From the NCBI GenBank assembly GCA_934254725.1, contig CAKQLR010000003.1, positions 18,754 to 82,753 of the forward strand: a stretch of DNA of 64,000 bases, written 5' to 3'. This DNA is from an uncultured Clostridia bacterium (GTDB taxonomy: Bacteria > Bacillota > Clostridia > Christensenellales > Borkfalkiaceae). The notes under the pieces were generated by a model. It saw only the letters and a list, made by a program, of their open reading frames with translations, made no database searches and was not told where the DNA came from. Below are positions 10,415 to 20,181 of this stretch, one piece after another; positions within the stretch are counted from its first letter, which is position 1, and each line of letters starts with the position of its first letter. The position numbers and the translations under genes are program-made.

Positions 10415-10514
10415 CTCTACCATTGCGGCAAGCCCCTCTACTCGTTAAAATTTCGTCTCTACCGACCGAAAACACAACTCTACGATCGACAAAACCATCT
10501 CTACTCACGGTAGA
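10415..10514. repeat. Five CTCTAC hexamers at exact 21-bp phasing, plus one inverted copy
   Basis: CTCTAC starts at 10415, 10436, 10457, 10478 and 10499. The last copy forms TCTAC-N5-GTAGA with 10510-10514. A-tracts sit mid-unit in units 2-4. The array lies in the divergent region between the SGNH hydrolase and XRE regulator genes. Confidence 0.8.
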
Positions 10515-10530
10515 AAGGCCTTTAAAACGC

Positions 10531-10559
10531 TTGTAATCGGCATTATAATGTGCTATAAT
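10531..10559 (+). promoter_or_regulatory. Sigma-A type promoter for the XRE regulator gene
   Basis: TTGTAA (10531-10536), 17-nt spacer with a TGc extended -10, then TATAAT (10554-10559). The ATG is at 10597 with an AGGAAAG ribosome binding site. Confidence 0.6.
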
Positions 10560-10596
10560 ATTTAAGTATAGATTTTTAATTACAGGAAAGACAGTT

Positions 10597-11229
10597 ATGG
10601 ATGATATCAAGAATAATATAGCCGTGAATATCGCCGAATGCAGAAAGAGACTAAATCTTACGCAGGCGCAACTGGCTGAAAAATTGAATTATTCGGATAA
10701 AGCCGTATCCAAATGGGAAAGGGCGGAAGCCGTTCCCGATATTTACATTTTGTCCGAACTCGCAAAAATCTTCGGCACTACCGTGGACGAGCTTATTTCT
10801 TCCGAGCCGCATCTGCCGGAACAAAAACAAAAGCCCGTATTCTTCTTCAACAAGACTATAATAGCTTTGCTTTCCGGCGTCCTCGTATGGGTTGTCGCCA
10901 CGCTTTGTTTCGTTATTTTAGAGTGGTGCGGGGTAGATTTTAAAAATTGGCTTTGCTTTATTTACGCTATCCCCGCTACGGCAATAGTGGAAATAGTTTT
11001 TAACGCAATCTGGGGCAAAAGAGTCGGTTCTATTCTTTTGGTTTCCGCGCTTATATGGACTCTTGCCCTTTCGTTCTTTCTTACTTTTCCGAAAACGAAC
11101 ATCTGGCTGATATTCATAATTTGTATACCCTTACAGGTGCTCACGATACTGTGGCTGTTTTTAAAACGCCCGAAGAAAGAGCCTGCTGCAAACAAAAACG
11201 GCGAAAGCAAAAAAGCCGACAAGAACTAA
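10597..11229 (+). CDS. XRE-family HTH transcriptional regulator with a C-terminal 4-TM membrane domain
   Basis: The N-terminus LNLTQAQLAEKLNYSDKAVSKWERAEAVPD is a classic Cro/C1 HTH. The C-terminal ~130 aa are hydrophobic. Confidence 0.85.
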   Translation: MDDIKNNIAVNIAECRKRLNLTQAQLAEKLNYSDKAVSKWERAEAVPDIYILSELAKIFGTTVDELISSEPHLPEQKQKPVFFFNKTIIALLSGVLVWVVATLCFVILEWCGVDFKNWLCFIYAIPATAIVEIVFNAIWGKRVGSILLVSALIWTLALSFFLTFPKTNIWLIFIICIPLQVLTILWLFLKRPKKEPAANKNGESKKADKN

Positions 11230-11270
11230 AAAGGGGCGTTTATCGCACGTTAACCGCGATATTATAGATT

Positions 11271-12029
11271 ATGAAGGAACAGTATAAAGGATTTTTAAAC
11301 GGCAATATGCTGAAAATAGCCGCCGCCGTTTTTATGTTGGCGGATCATATCGGTGCGGTTTTCGGCCCCTCTTTGATAAGTGACGAATGCTGGGTGGTGC
11401 TCCGTTGCATCGGGCGCCTTTCCATGCCGATTTTCGCATTTTTGATTTCCGAAGGTTGCCGCTATACTCGCGACAGAAAAAAGTATTTTCTTTTTATGTT
11501 TCTGCTCGGCGCGGTATGCGACGCGGCGTTTTACATCGCAATGCAATCGGTTTACTTCTGCATACTGACAACCTTTTCCCTTTCCGTGCTTTTGATTTAT
11601 ACATACGACGAGTTTTTAAATCAGATTAAATCCGAAGAAAAAACTTTTAAAAAAATTACCGGCGCGGCATATGCGGCGGTAAAGTTTCTTCTGATAATAG
11701 CGTTATGCCTGTTTTTATTGGATTTGTGCGAAAGATACGACGGGGTATTCGATTACAGAATGCCCGGGATCATGCTACCCCTTTTGTGCTATATATTCAA
11801 AAACAGATGGCTTCGCCTTATTCTCTTCACTGCGGGCATAGCCTGGTCGGTATTCACGTATCCTTACGCCACGCAGATACCTTATTTTGCATTTCTTGCC
11901 GTGCCGATAGTAGCGCTTTACAACGGCGAACGAGGAAAACTTAACCTTAAATATTTTTTCTATTTGTTTTACCCCGTCCACCTTCTTCTGCTTGAGGGTA
12001 TCTATATGCTCATTATGCTTTTAAGGTGA
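11271..12029 (+). CDS. TraX family membrane protein
   Basis: 252 aa polytopic protein with LKIAAAVFMLADHIG and RLSMPIFAFLISEG motifs typical of TraX. Confidence 0.75.
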   Translation: MKEQYKGFLNGNMLKIAAAVFMLADHIGAVFGPSLISDECWVVLRCIGRLSMPIFAFLISEGCRYTRDRKKYFLFMFLLGAVCDAAFYIAMQSVYFCILTTFSLSVLLIYTYDEFLNQIKSEEKTFKKITGAAYAAVKFLLIIALCLFLLDLCERYDGVFDYRMPGIMLPLLCYIFKNRWLRLILFTAGIAWSVFTYPYATQIPYFAFLAVPIVALYNGERGKLNLKYFFYLFYPVHLLLLEGIYMLIMLLR

Positions 12030-12038
12030 CGAAATAAC

Positions 12039-13664
12039 ATGAACGCAAAACAGTTTTTCTCATACATAAGATATACGTTATTCCCGATAGCAGTTTACGG
12101 TATAGCCATAGGTCTTGCCACGGGAACGATAATATGGGGCTACTCCCTCGCCGCGGAATTCATAGGCGAACAGAGCGCAAACATCTATGCGTTTTTCAGG
12201 GCAAATCCGTCGTTTATCCCCTTGCTTTTTCTGGGGCTTCTGGCGCTTGCGCTTGTTTCTTACTTTGTAATAAAGTTCGTGCCGGAAGTAACGGGCAGCG
12301 GCGTTCCGTATTCGGAAGGCGTTATGCGCGGACTTTTGCCCTTGAGATGGGTGATAGTTCTCCCCGCCATGATAATCAACAGCTTTATTTCGTTTATCGC
12401 GGGCATTCCTCTCGGCAGCGAAGGGCCGAGCGTACTCATCGGTTCATGCATCGGCGCGGGTTCCAACGACGTAACCATCAACGGAAACAAACCCCGTCTT
12501 GCCTGGAAAAGACAGTCCATAACGGGCGGCGCTTCCGCGGCTTTCGCGGTGGCGTTCAACGCTCCCCTCGCAGGCATAATCTTCGCGCTCGAAGAAATAC
12601 ACAAACGTTTTTCCCCGATGATACTTTTGCCCGCTTCGGCTTCGGTAATAGTCGCCTCGATAACGGCTAACGGGCTTACCGCGCTTACGGGGCACGGCAT
12701 AAGCGAAGTTATCTTCACTGAGTTCGAAATGCTTGCCGAACCAACATTAAGGGAATTACCATTCCTCGCCCTCCTCGGCGTGATGATGGGCTTGTTTTCC
12801 GTTTTCTTCAGCCTGCTTTACAACGCGGTCGCGAGCGGAATGAATAAAATAAAAGTGCCAGTAATAGTAAAAATTATTTCGGCGTTTCTGCTTACCGGCG
12901 TAGCTGGCTTGCTCGTTGCGGATTCCATAGGCTCCGGCGGCAACCTGATAAGAAAAATAGCCCTTATGAAAACGGAGTGGAAGTTGCTTCTACTCATACT
13001 CGCTATAAAGCTCGTGCTAGTAACATTCTGTTCAAACGGCGGTGTGACGGGCGGCTTGTTCTTCCCCATTCTTGCGATAGGCGCGATATTCGGCGGGCTG
13101 ACCGCAAAGCTGTTTATCCTTATGGGAATGAGCGATAAATACTATAATATGATAGTGCTTATAAGCATGTGCGCGTTTTTGGGCGGAGTTATGCGCTCAC
13201 CCATAACCGCGGTGGTGCTTATAATAGAAATGACCGATACGCTTACGGCGGATCTTTGGGCAACCTGTTTTGTAATTCTGCTCGCTTATTTCATCATAGA
13301 ATTATTCAACGTAGAGCCGGTTTACGATAAACTTCTCGGCAACATTCTCGGCAAGCGCAACGCGGGCAAAAAGCGCAAGCTTGTAGTTTATGAAATAGAA
13401 ATAGAAGAAAATTCTTTTGCCGTGGGCAGAAGCGTGCGCGATATTCTCTGGCCGGCAAGCGCGCTCGTTATAAAGGTGAAAGAAACGGACGACCAGGGCA
13501 ACATAATCTACCGCATGGATAAGGACGGCGAACGCAAAATTCACGCAGGCGATAAGTTCGTTATTCAGGCGGAAACCGCAGAACCGAAAGAAATTTATAA
13601 ACAACTCTGCTATATAGTAAAACGCCCGGAATATTTCCACAATAATCCCGAGTTTAATGATTGA
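12039..13664 (+). CDS. ClC family voltage-gated chloride channel/antiporter with a C-terminal TrkA-C domain
   Basis: GSGVP, GSEGPSV and GGLFFP selectivity-filter-type motifs, followed by a soluble ~100 aa C-terminal domain. Confidence 0.85.
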   Translation: MNAKQFFSYIRYTLFPIAVYGIAIGLATGTIIWGYSLAAEFIGEQSANIYAFFRANPSFIPLLFLGLLALALVSYFVIKFVPEVTGSGVPYSEGVMRGLLPLRWVIVLPAMIINSFISFIAGIPLGSEGPSVLIGSCIGAGSNDVTINGNKPRLAWKRQSITGGASAAFAVAFNAPLAGIIFALEEIHKRFSPMILLPASASVIVASITANGLTALTGHGISEVIFTEFEMLAEPTLRELPFLALLGVMMGLFSVFFSLLYNAVASGMNKIKVPVIVKIISAFLLTGVAGLLVADSIGSGGNLIRKIALMKTEWKLLLLILAIKLVLVTFCSNGGVTGGLFFPILAIGAIFGGLTAKLFILMGMSDKYYNMIVLISMCAFLGGVMRSPITAVVLIIEMTDTLTADLWATCFVILLAYFIIELFNVEPVYDKLLGNILGKRNAGKKRKLVVYEIEIEENSFAVGRSVRDILWPASALVIKVKETDDQGNIIYRMDKDGERKIHAGDKFVIQAETAEPKEIYKQLCYIVKRPEYFHNNPEFND

Positions 13665-13720
13665 CAAAAGAAAAGTCCCGTTTTTCGCGCATTAACGCGC
13701 GTTCAGGGCAAGGAGCTACC

Positions 13721-15160
13721 ATGACTTTTTTAAAGAAAATCGAAAAGTTCTGCTCTACCGAAATGTTTATTTTGATAGTCGCTTTTCTGACTTATGTACT
13801 TCACGTCGTCGCGGCAGACATCGTAGGGATACTTCTCTACGGCGTGCTTGCGGGGGTGGGTTTCGTTCTTCTTAAAGACTTCCGCCCGTCGTTCACGTTT
13901 ATGGCTTCCGCTATATTTATAGTATCCATGCAAAACAGCCCCGGATACACGAACGGCAACAATTATTATACCACCCCGACGGTTCTTGCTCTTGCGGGCG
14001 TTGCGGTGTTCTTCGTTCTTGCGGGGCTTGCGTTCAGAACCGTACGTTACAGAAGCAACCTTAGAACGGGTAAGCTGTATGTTCCGTTCGCGCTCCTCGC
14101 CGTTTCGCTTTTACTTGCCGGCGTGGGTCAGGAATTCTATAAAGACAGCGTTACCCTTGCGGCTCTACTCACCGTGAGCGGCGTAGGGCTGTACTTCCTT
14201 TTCAGCGGAGCGTTCGATTGCTTTGACTGCATACTCGATTATATCACTTCTCTTTTCTCTATACTTGCCGTGCTTATAGCCGTGCAGATACTCACCGTTC
14301 CCGTCTATCGCATAATACAAGGAACGTTCGACAAAATGCTTGACAACTGGAAAGGCAACCTTATAATCGGCTGGGGAGTAAACAACCTTGCCGGGGAAAT
14401 GATTATATTCCTTATCCCGTTTATGTTCAGAAAGCTTCAGCAGGGCGATCATATAATCGTCTGGTCGGCAATGATAGTATTCTGTACGATGATGGTGTTC
14501 TTTACGTTCTGTCGTGCGGCGATGCTTTTCGGCTTCCCGATGATTTTTGCACTCGGGGTGTATACTCTTGTTAAAAATCCCGAAAGAAAGAAAATAGCCT
14601 TAACGGTGGGCATATTCTTCGGCGTTCTGGCTTTAGCGTTGCTTATAGTCTGCTTGTGCACCGACTTCAACACCATATTCAAATATTTCAAAACGGCTTT
14701 CAAAAAAGACGATAAATTCGCGTGGAGCAGCCGCGACGTTATATGGGCAAAACGTTGGAATTACTTCCTTGAAAAACCCTTCTTCGGTGTTGGTTTCGCA
14801 AGGGAATTCCACGATACGGGCAAAATCAACCAAGGGCACTCCATTTACATGTGGCTTGCGCATAATTTCGTTATGGAGATAGTCGGCGGCGCGGGGCTGC
14901 TCGGAATTATCTCCACGCTGTTCCTCTGCGTAAGCACTGCCATAAGACTTATAAAGAACAAGTTCGAAGGCAAACTGTTCTTGTGCGCCACCATTCTCGT
15001 CTACGCGTTGATTTCGCTGTTCGATACGGTCTACTTCAACTCCTACTGTCACATTTACATCATATTTGCGCTTGTAGTTGCGGAAAAGCTAATCGAACGC
15101 AAAAAGGCAGAAGATACTCAACCCTGCGACTGCGAGCAGGCGGAACAACCGAACGCATAA
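13721..15160 (+). CDS. O-antigen ligase (Wzy_C) family membrane protein
   Basis: Polytopic protein with the WLAHNFVMEIVGGAGLLG loop motif. The ORF track starts at a TTG at 13661; I prefer the ATG at 13721 (MTFLKK), which has AAGGAG 6 nt upstream. Confidence 0.7.
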   Translation: MTFLKKIEKFCSTEMFILIVAFLTYVLHVVAADIVGILLYGVLAGVGFVLLKDFRPSFTFMASAIFIVSMQNSPGYTNGNNYYTTPTVLALAGVAVFFVLAGLAFRTVRYRSNLRTGKLYVPFALLAVSLLLAGVGQEFYKDSVTLAALLTVSGVGLYFLFSGAFDCFDCILDYITSLFSILAVLIAVQILTVPVYRIIQGTFDKMLDNWKGNLIIGWGVNNLAGEMIIFLIPFMFRKLQQGDHIIVWSAMIVFCTMMVFFTFCRAAMLFGFPMIFALGVYTLVKNPERKKIALTVGIFFGVLALALLIVCLCTDFNTIFKYFKTAFKKDDKFAWSSRDVIWAKRWNYFLEKPFFGVGFAREFHDTGKINQGHSIYMWLAHNFVMEIVGGAGLLGIISTLFLCVSTAIRLIKNKFEGKLFLCATILVYALISLFDTVYFNSYCHIYIIFALVVAEKLIERKKAEDTQPCDCEQAEQPNA

Positions 15161-15175
15161 GACCTTAGTATGTTA

Positions 15176-15216
15176 AAAGGCAAGCTTCTTATATGAAAGC
15201 CTGCCTTTTTTATTTT
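15176..15216 (+). terminator. Intrinsic terminator after the ligase-like gene
   Basis: AAGGCAAGCTT-loop-AAGCCTGCCTT stem with one mismatch, followed by TTTTTATTTT. Confidence 0.6.
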
Positions 15217-15310
15217 CCCGAAAAATCATAAAAAACCGCCGTTCAAAGCAAATCCCTTATATATTATAAAAAGCAGCTTTAAAAAAACGCAATTTCCGCA
15301 TACTTGTAGT

Positions 15311-16474
15311 ATGAAAAAACAACTATGGCAAAATAAGCCGACGGCTTTTAAAATATTATTCGTCGCATTCGTTTCCGTTGCGGGATTTTTACTGAGCGCT
15401 TTCTCGCTGCCCAAAACGGATTTTACGCTTACGATTTACGCGGGCGACAGCGTTTACGTGCTCGGCTATCCTGATATTTTTCCGTCTTTCGGAGAACTGA
15501 AATTAAACGACATAGACGGTGTTGTAGACAGAATTTTTCTTGACAACGTAATTCCTCCCGTTGACGCCGAGGTTTTGTTTACGCCCGACGCGGAAAACAT
15601 TTTTACCTATAAAGCGGAAAAGTACGGGCGTGCCCCCGACAGAGAAAAGTTGAAAAAAGACATTACCCTTGCGTTAAATGAAAGATACCCTTTCGTAACG
15701 GCGGAGTCTGTCACGTTAAAGCCAGATTTTACTCTTGAAAAAGCCTATGCTTCAACCAAAGAACGAGGGCATTTTTGCACGTTTTACGGCACTTCTTCGC
15801 GCGAGCGAAAGAAAAACATAGAGCTTGCAGCCGACAAAATAAACGGGCTGATTTTAGAAAACGGCGAGGTGTTTTCTTTTAACGAAATGGTCGGCGACAG
15901 GACAAAAGAGAACGGCTACCTTGACGCAAAGATAATAAAAGACGGAAAATTTATAGACGGCGTAGGCGGTGGCGTGTGCCAGGTTTCCACCACATTCTAC
16001 AACGCCGCGCTGCTCTCCGCGGTCGAAGTGACCGAAAGGCACGCACACTCTGTCGCGGTAGGCTATGTTTCCCCGTCGTTCGACGCGGCGGTTTCATACG
16101 GGTGGTACGATTTAAAACTTAAAAATACGTCCGGCGGCAGGCTGTACGTTAAAAGCGAAGCGGACGGCAACAACCTGACTTTCACTATTTTTGGGATCGA
16201 AAACGAATACGAAATCAAACGCGTTTCCGAGGTGTACAAAAAGGAAAGCCCGGGATACGAAATCGTTGAGGATTTTTCGGGAAGCCTGTGCGGCGATCTG
16301 ACCGAAAAAGTTCTTATTTCTCCCAAATACGAAATTACGAGCATCGGCAAACTGCTATATAAAAGCAAAAAAGATAAAAACAAAAAGTTTTTCGTCACCC
16401 TCGGGACTGATAAGTACAGAGGAATAAAAGGCGTAATAGCAAAACGGGTGCGCCGAGCGGAGGTAAACAATTGA
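15311..16474 (+). CDS. VanW family protein
   Basis: N-terminal TM segment, then FSFNEMVG...GGGVCQVSTTFYNAAL...ERHAHS, the VanW domain signature. Confidence 0.85.
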   Translation: MKKQLWQNKPTAFKILFVAFVSVAGFLLSAFSLPKTDFTLTIYAGDSVYVLGYPDIFPSFGELKLNDIDGVVDRIFLDNVIPPVDAEVLFTPDAENIFTYKAEKYGRAPDREKLKKDITLALNERYPFVTAESVTLKPDFTLEKAYASTKERGHFCTFYGTSSRERKKNIELAADKINGLILENGEVFSFNEMVGDRTKENGYLDAKIIKDGKFIDGVGGGVCQVSTTFYNAALLSAVEVTERHAHSVAVGYVSPSFDAAVSYGWYDLKLKNTSGGRLYVKSEADGNNLTFTIFGIENEYEIKRVSEVYKKESPGYEIVEDFSGSLCGDLTEKVLISPKYEITSIGKLLYKSKKDKNKKFFVTLGTDKYRGIKGVIAKRVRRAEVNN

Positions 16475-17844
16475 AAGAAAGGCGCCGCCTTGTCGGAAAA
16501 AAGTATCTCGTTTTGTTTTTCGCCTCGGTGGCGTTATCCGTGCTGTTCATCGCGCTTACCGTTCGGTTCATCGCCACGGACGTTTTTTATATAGTTGAAA
16601 TTTTCTGCCTTGCATTCACTGTTTTTATAACGGCAAGGCTTTTTAAAGACGTGCGCCTGACCTCTCTTTTTTGCATTTTATCGCTGTTCTTTCCCGTCTC
16701 TTCTCTTTTATTCTGCGCATCGGCGCTGTCGTTCGGGAAAAAGACAAAAAGAAAATTAAGGGCAAACGGAAAAACAAACGAGAACTTTTCCTCTTCTTTT
16801 ACCGCGACGGAATACTACCCCACGGGCGAGGAATTTTTCAAAAGCCTTATGCTCGGTCTTGAGAACGCGAAGGAACTGATTTTACTCGAATACTATATAG
16901 TCAAACCCGGCAAAGTTTGGGAAAGCATAAAAAACGTGTTGGAGAAAAAGAGCCGCTCGGGCGTCAAAATAATTATTATACTTGATAATTTCGGCTCCGC
17001 AAAAATGCCGCAAAACTTACAAAAGTGGCTCAAATCTCACAATATCGAGTGTTTTTTATACAACAGACTTTTGCCGCTGCCCGACCTCGGCTTTACTTTC
17101 AGAACTCACAGAAAAATTGCGGTTATCGATGACGAGGTGTATTTGGGCGGAATAAACCTTGCGGACGAATATATAAACGAGGGGCAATCATTCGCTTATT
17201 TCAAGGACGCCGCCGTTAAATTAAAAGGGGAAACAGCCGCCCGCTTCGCCGAATATTTTTCGGCAGAATTTAAAGCAGTCACAGTTCAAAGCACCAAAAA
17301 CAAGTGCGACGTGCTGTTCAACACCCCGCTTACGAATAATGCGATAACGGAAAGAATTATCGCGGAAATTTACAAAGCAAAGCAAGTGCTTATCGCCACA
17401 CCCTATCTTGCGCCGACCGAGGGAGAACTTTCTGCGATAAAGTACGCCGCTAAAAACGGCGCGGAAGTAAAAATATTTTTACCTGCCGTTCCCGATAAAA
17501 AAACGGCTTTCTCCGTTTCGCTTGCCAATGCCGAAATTCTTTTGCGCTACGGGTTGAAAATCTATTTATTTACGCCGGGGTTTCTTCATTCAAAACTCTT
17601 TCTGACGGAAAACGTCGCCGCCGCAGGAAGCGCGAATTATGATTACCGCAGTGCGTTTTTTCAAAGAGAAGTCTTTGTTTTTACGGACGAAAAAACTTTA
17701 AGCGACAAAATAAAAAACGACTTTTCCATGATAGAAAAATCGTCGTCGGTATTTTCGCCGGACGCGGGCAACAAAAGCAAAACGTCCGTATTTTTTATGA
17801 AAATCAAAAGGGCGTTCTTCTTTTTTATCTCCCCGCTGTTCTAA
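16471..17844 (+). CDS. cls: Cardiolipin synthase / phospholipase D family protein
   Basis: Two HKD motifs (HRKIAVIDD and HSKLFL) and N-terminal TM helices. The TTG start overlaps the VanW stop by 4 nt. Confidence 0.8.
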   Translation: MKERRRLVGKKYLVLFFASVALSVLFIALTVRFIATDVFYIVEIFCLAFTVFITARLFKDVRLTSLFCILSLFFPVSSLLFCASALSFGKKTKRKLRANGKTNENFSSSFTATEYYPTGEEFFKSLMLGLENAKELILLEYYIVKPGKVWESIKNVLEKKSRSGVKIIIILDNFGSAKMPQNLQKWLKSHNIECFLYNRLLPLPDLGFTFRTHRKIAVIDDEVYLGGINLADEYINEGQSFAYFKDAAVKLKGETAARFAEYFSAEFKAVTVQSTKNKCDVLFNTPLTNNAITERIIAEIYKAKQVLIATPYLAPTEGELSAIKYAAKNGAEVKIFLPAVPDKKTAFSVSLANAEILLRYGLKIYLFTPGFLHSKLFLTENVAAAGSANYDYRSAFFQREVFVFTDEKTLSDKIKNDFSMIEKSSSVFSPDAGNKSKTSVFFMKIKRAFFFFISPLF

Positions 17845-18764
17845 GCTTTCGAGCCTTGAATTATATTTCTTTTTTCAAATTCCGCATTTATATAATTAAG
17901 TACGCGCTTTTTGTCCACCGTCCAAAGAGGGGCAATCACGCTTCTCTTTGGCGGGTCGCCGGTGAGCCTGAAAATCGTCTTTTCTTTCGGGATAACAGGC
18001 AGAAGCTCGCACAAAACATCCGCGTATTCTTCAAGCGAAAGAACGGAGAAGTCCCTTTTTTCAAACATTAACGCTAGTTTTGTTCCCCTTAAAACGTGCA
18101 GAAGCTGCAACTTTACGCCGTCGGTATTTTCGCACGCGCACCTGACGGTTTTTATGTAATCGGTTAAATTTTCACCGGGTAAACCGATTATTATATGCGT
18201 AACGGTTTCTATATTTTCCCTGCGAAGGCGCATTGCCGCGTCCGTATATTCCGAAAGGGCGTATCCCCTGTTGATAAGCTTTGCAGTGTCGTCGTTACTC
18301 GTCTGAAGCCCGAGTTCCACAAAAACTTTTTTCTTTTTATTGAAATCGGAAAGGATTTTAAGCACGTCATCCGGAATGCAATCCGGGCGTGTAGCCACCG
18401 AAACGGCAACAATTCTTTCGTCGCAAGCGGCGGGAGCAAGCATTCTTTCAAACTCTTTTGCGGGCATATACGTGGAGGTAAAACTTTGAAAATACGCTAT
18501 AAATTTTTTGCATTTTGTTTTGCCGTCCAGCCTTTGTATCGCGCGCTCTATCTGCGCGGAAAACACTTCGGAATCGCTTTTGCAAGCAAAATTTTCTCTC
18601 TTTTCGGCAAAATCTCCGCTGCCTTCTTCTCCGCAAAAAATACAACCGCCTACGCCTTTTGTGCCGTCGCGGTTCGGGCAGGTTACCCCGCCCTCGAGAG
18701 CGAGTTTATAGGTTTTCTCACCGAAAAGCTCTTTGTATCTGTCGCTTGCGCTTTTGTATCTCAA
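17841..18764 (-). CDS. TIGR01212 family radical SAM protein
   Basis: CPNRDGTKGVGGCIFC cluster motif and ~300 aa size. Confidence 0.85.
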   Translation of the reverse strand: MRYKSASDRYKELFGEKTYKLALEGGVTCPNRDGTKGVGGCIFCGEEGSGDFAEKRENFACKSDSEVFSAQIERAIQRLDGKTKCKKFIAYFQSFTSTYMPAKEFERMLAPAACDERIVAVSVATRPDCIPDDVLKILSDFNKKKKVFVELGLQTSNDDTAKLINRGYALSEYTDAAMRLRRENIETVTHIIIGLPGENLTDYIKTVRCACENTDGVKLQLLHVLRGTKLALMFEKRDFSVLSLEEYADVLCELLPVIPKEKTIFRLTGDPPKRSVIAPLWTVDKKRVLNYINAEFEKRNIIQGSKA

Positions 18765-18782
18765 AGCAATTACCCGCCTTTT

Positions 18783-19745
18783 TCACGTGTTATCTATTGA
18801 TTTTCTATGCCTTCTGTTCGCTTCAATAAAGTTTTCCGCTTCGGTTAAATATCTTTCTTTCCCGTATAAAAAGCTTAGCCCGTGCCCCGCTTCGGGGAAA
18901 GTAATTCTTGTAACTTTATCCGGGTTCGCAACCCTTATTCTCTCGCTCTTTTCGGGATAGACGAATTTATCGCACTCCCCGTGTATTATCAGCGCGGGGC
19001 GGGTAGCTTTTCTCACCTCTTCCGACGCGGAAGTCTGTTCCAACTTAAACTTTCCGAAAACAAGCGCGCCGAGTTTTAACAACGGATAGCACAGCCAAAC
19101 GGGGTATTTGCGTATTCTGCAAACCGTTTTAATGATGTCCGACGGGCTGTCGAACGGGCAATCCGCAATAGCGCAAATTACGTTTTCGGGCAGATTGTCG
19201 CCCAAAGCCATCAACGCGGTGGTCGCGCCCATAGATACGCCGAAAAGCACTATGTCGCAGTCCTTCCCGAAAATCTCTACGGCTTTTTCGCACCAGGTGC
19301 GAGCGTCCTTTCTCTCCTTTATTCCGAAGGTTATCGTATGCCCCTCGCTTTCCCCGGTGGCGCGCTGGTCAACGATTATTACGTTATGCTTAAGCTCTAT
19401 AAGAGCGGCGCCGCCCATGGAAAAGTCCTTGATTCCGTTTCCTCTGTACCCGTTAAGGCAAATATCGACGGGTGCGCCTTCCTCGCCGCGGTACATTCTT
19501 GCAACAAGCTTCAAACCGTCAAAAGAAGTTACCTCTACCCTTTCAAACGGAACGGCGTCAAGCTTTTTGATTGCGGCAATCATCAACTCTCTGTTTTCTT
19601 CGAACTGCTCCCCCTGGGGCAAATTTTCTATATCGTTCTGCCCTTTATGCGGCGAGTAGAACGCAAGATAATATGTTATAAAAGAAGCGACGAGAACGAG
19701 CAACGCAGCCCCCAGAACGCAAAGCAAAATAATCAGGAAAACCAA
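18783..19745 (-). CDS. Alpha/beta hydrolase with an N-terminal membrane anchor
   Basis: GVSMGA nucleophile elbow (GxSxG), an N-terminal TM helix and a C-terminal GHG motif. Confidence 0.8.
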   Translation of the reverse strand: MVFLIILLCVLGAALLVLVASFITYYLAFYSPHKGQNDIENLPQGEQFEENRELMIAAIKKLDAVPFERVEVTSFDGLKLVARMYRGEEGAPVDICLNGYRGNGIKDFSMGGAALIELKHNVIIVDQRATGESEGHTITFGIKERKDARTWCEKAVEIFGKDCDIVLFGVSMGATTALMALGDNLPENVICAIADCPFDSPSDIIKTVCRIRKYPVWLCYPLLKLGALVFGKFKLEQTSASEEVRKATRPALIIHGECDKFVYPEKSERIRVANPDKVTRITFPEAGHGLSFLYGKERYLTEAENFIEANRRHRKSIDNT

Positions 19746-19816
19746 AACAAAAACCTCTCTTATATAATTGTTGCCCGACGGCGGGGCTTCTAATCATTTG
19801 AAAAAACCGCGCAGAA

Positions 19817-20089
19817 TTAACCCGCGCAGTTTCCCGTTAAAAGCATCATTACAAAATACAAAACTATTATTACGGACAAAACAACCGCCGTAGGGAAAAG
19901 CATCATTTTGAAAGCCGCCCAGAACGTAGTCATCTTTTCCTTGGTGGTAGAATTGCTTTTCTTCATCGCGCTTTTGGTTATCTTGTTTATAACCGTGGGC
20001 TTTACGCCGGACATATCGCTTATGGTAGAATTGTCATCGTAATAAATTATCTTTTCTTTTTTCTTTTTATTTTTCTTTCCCATTGGCAA
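19817..20089 (-). CDS. Small tail-anchored membrane protein, unknown function
   Basis: 90 aa with a Lys-rich N-terminus and a single C-terminal TM. I recognise no family. Confidence 0.5.
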   Translation of the reverse strand: MPMGKKNKKKKEKIIYYDDNSTISDMSGVKPTVINKITKSAMKKSNSTTKEKMTTFWAAFKMMLFPTAVVLSVIIVLYFVMMLLTGNCAG

Positions 20090-20181
20090 ATAGTCCTTTT
20101 AATTTATAACAAACGCCCTATTTCTCACATTATCGCGCTTTTTTACTTCTGCGCCGTAGCTTTACGCGGACACAAAAAATG

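Noticed and set aside
10380-10610. 76-aa ORF on the minus strand covering the CTCTAC array, which gives an Arg every 7 residues.
   Set aside because: The heptad Arg pattern is a by-product of the 21-bp DNA periodicity. There is no ribosome binding site, the ORF overlaps the XRE gene start, and only the hexamer is conserved rather than the codons.
20090-20181. PyrR binding loop or attenuator near pyrR. I also checked 21713-21815.
   Set aside because: I found no PyrR-box-like sequence (ARUCCAGAGAGGCU type). pyrR here follows the dehydrogenase gene by 10 nt and is not followed by pyr biosynthesis genes.
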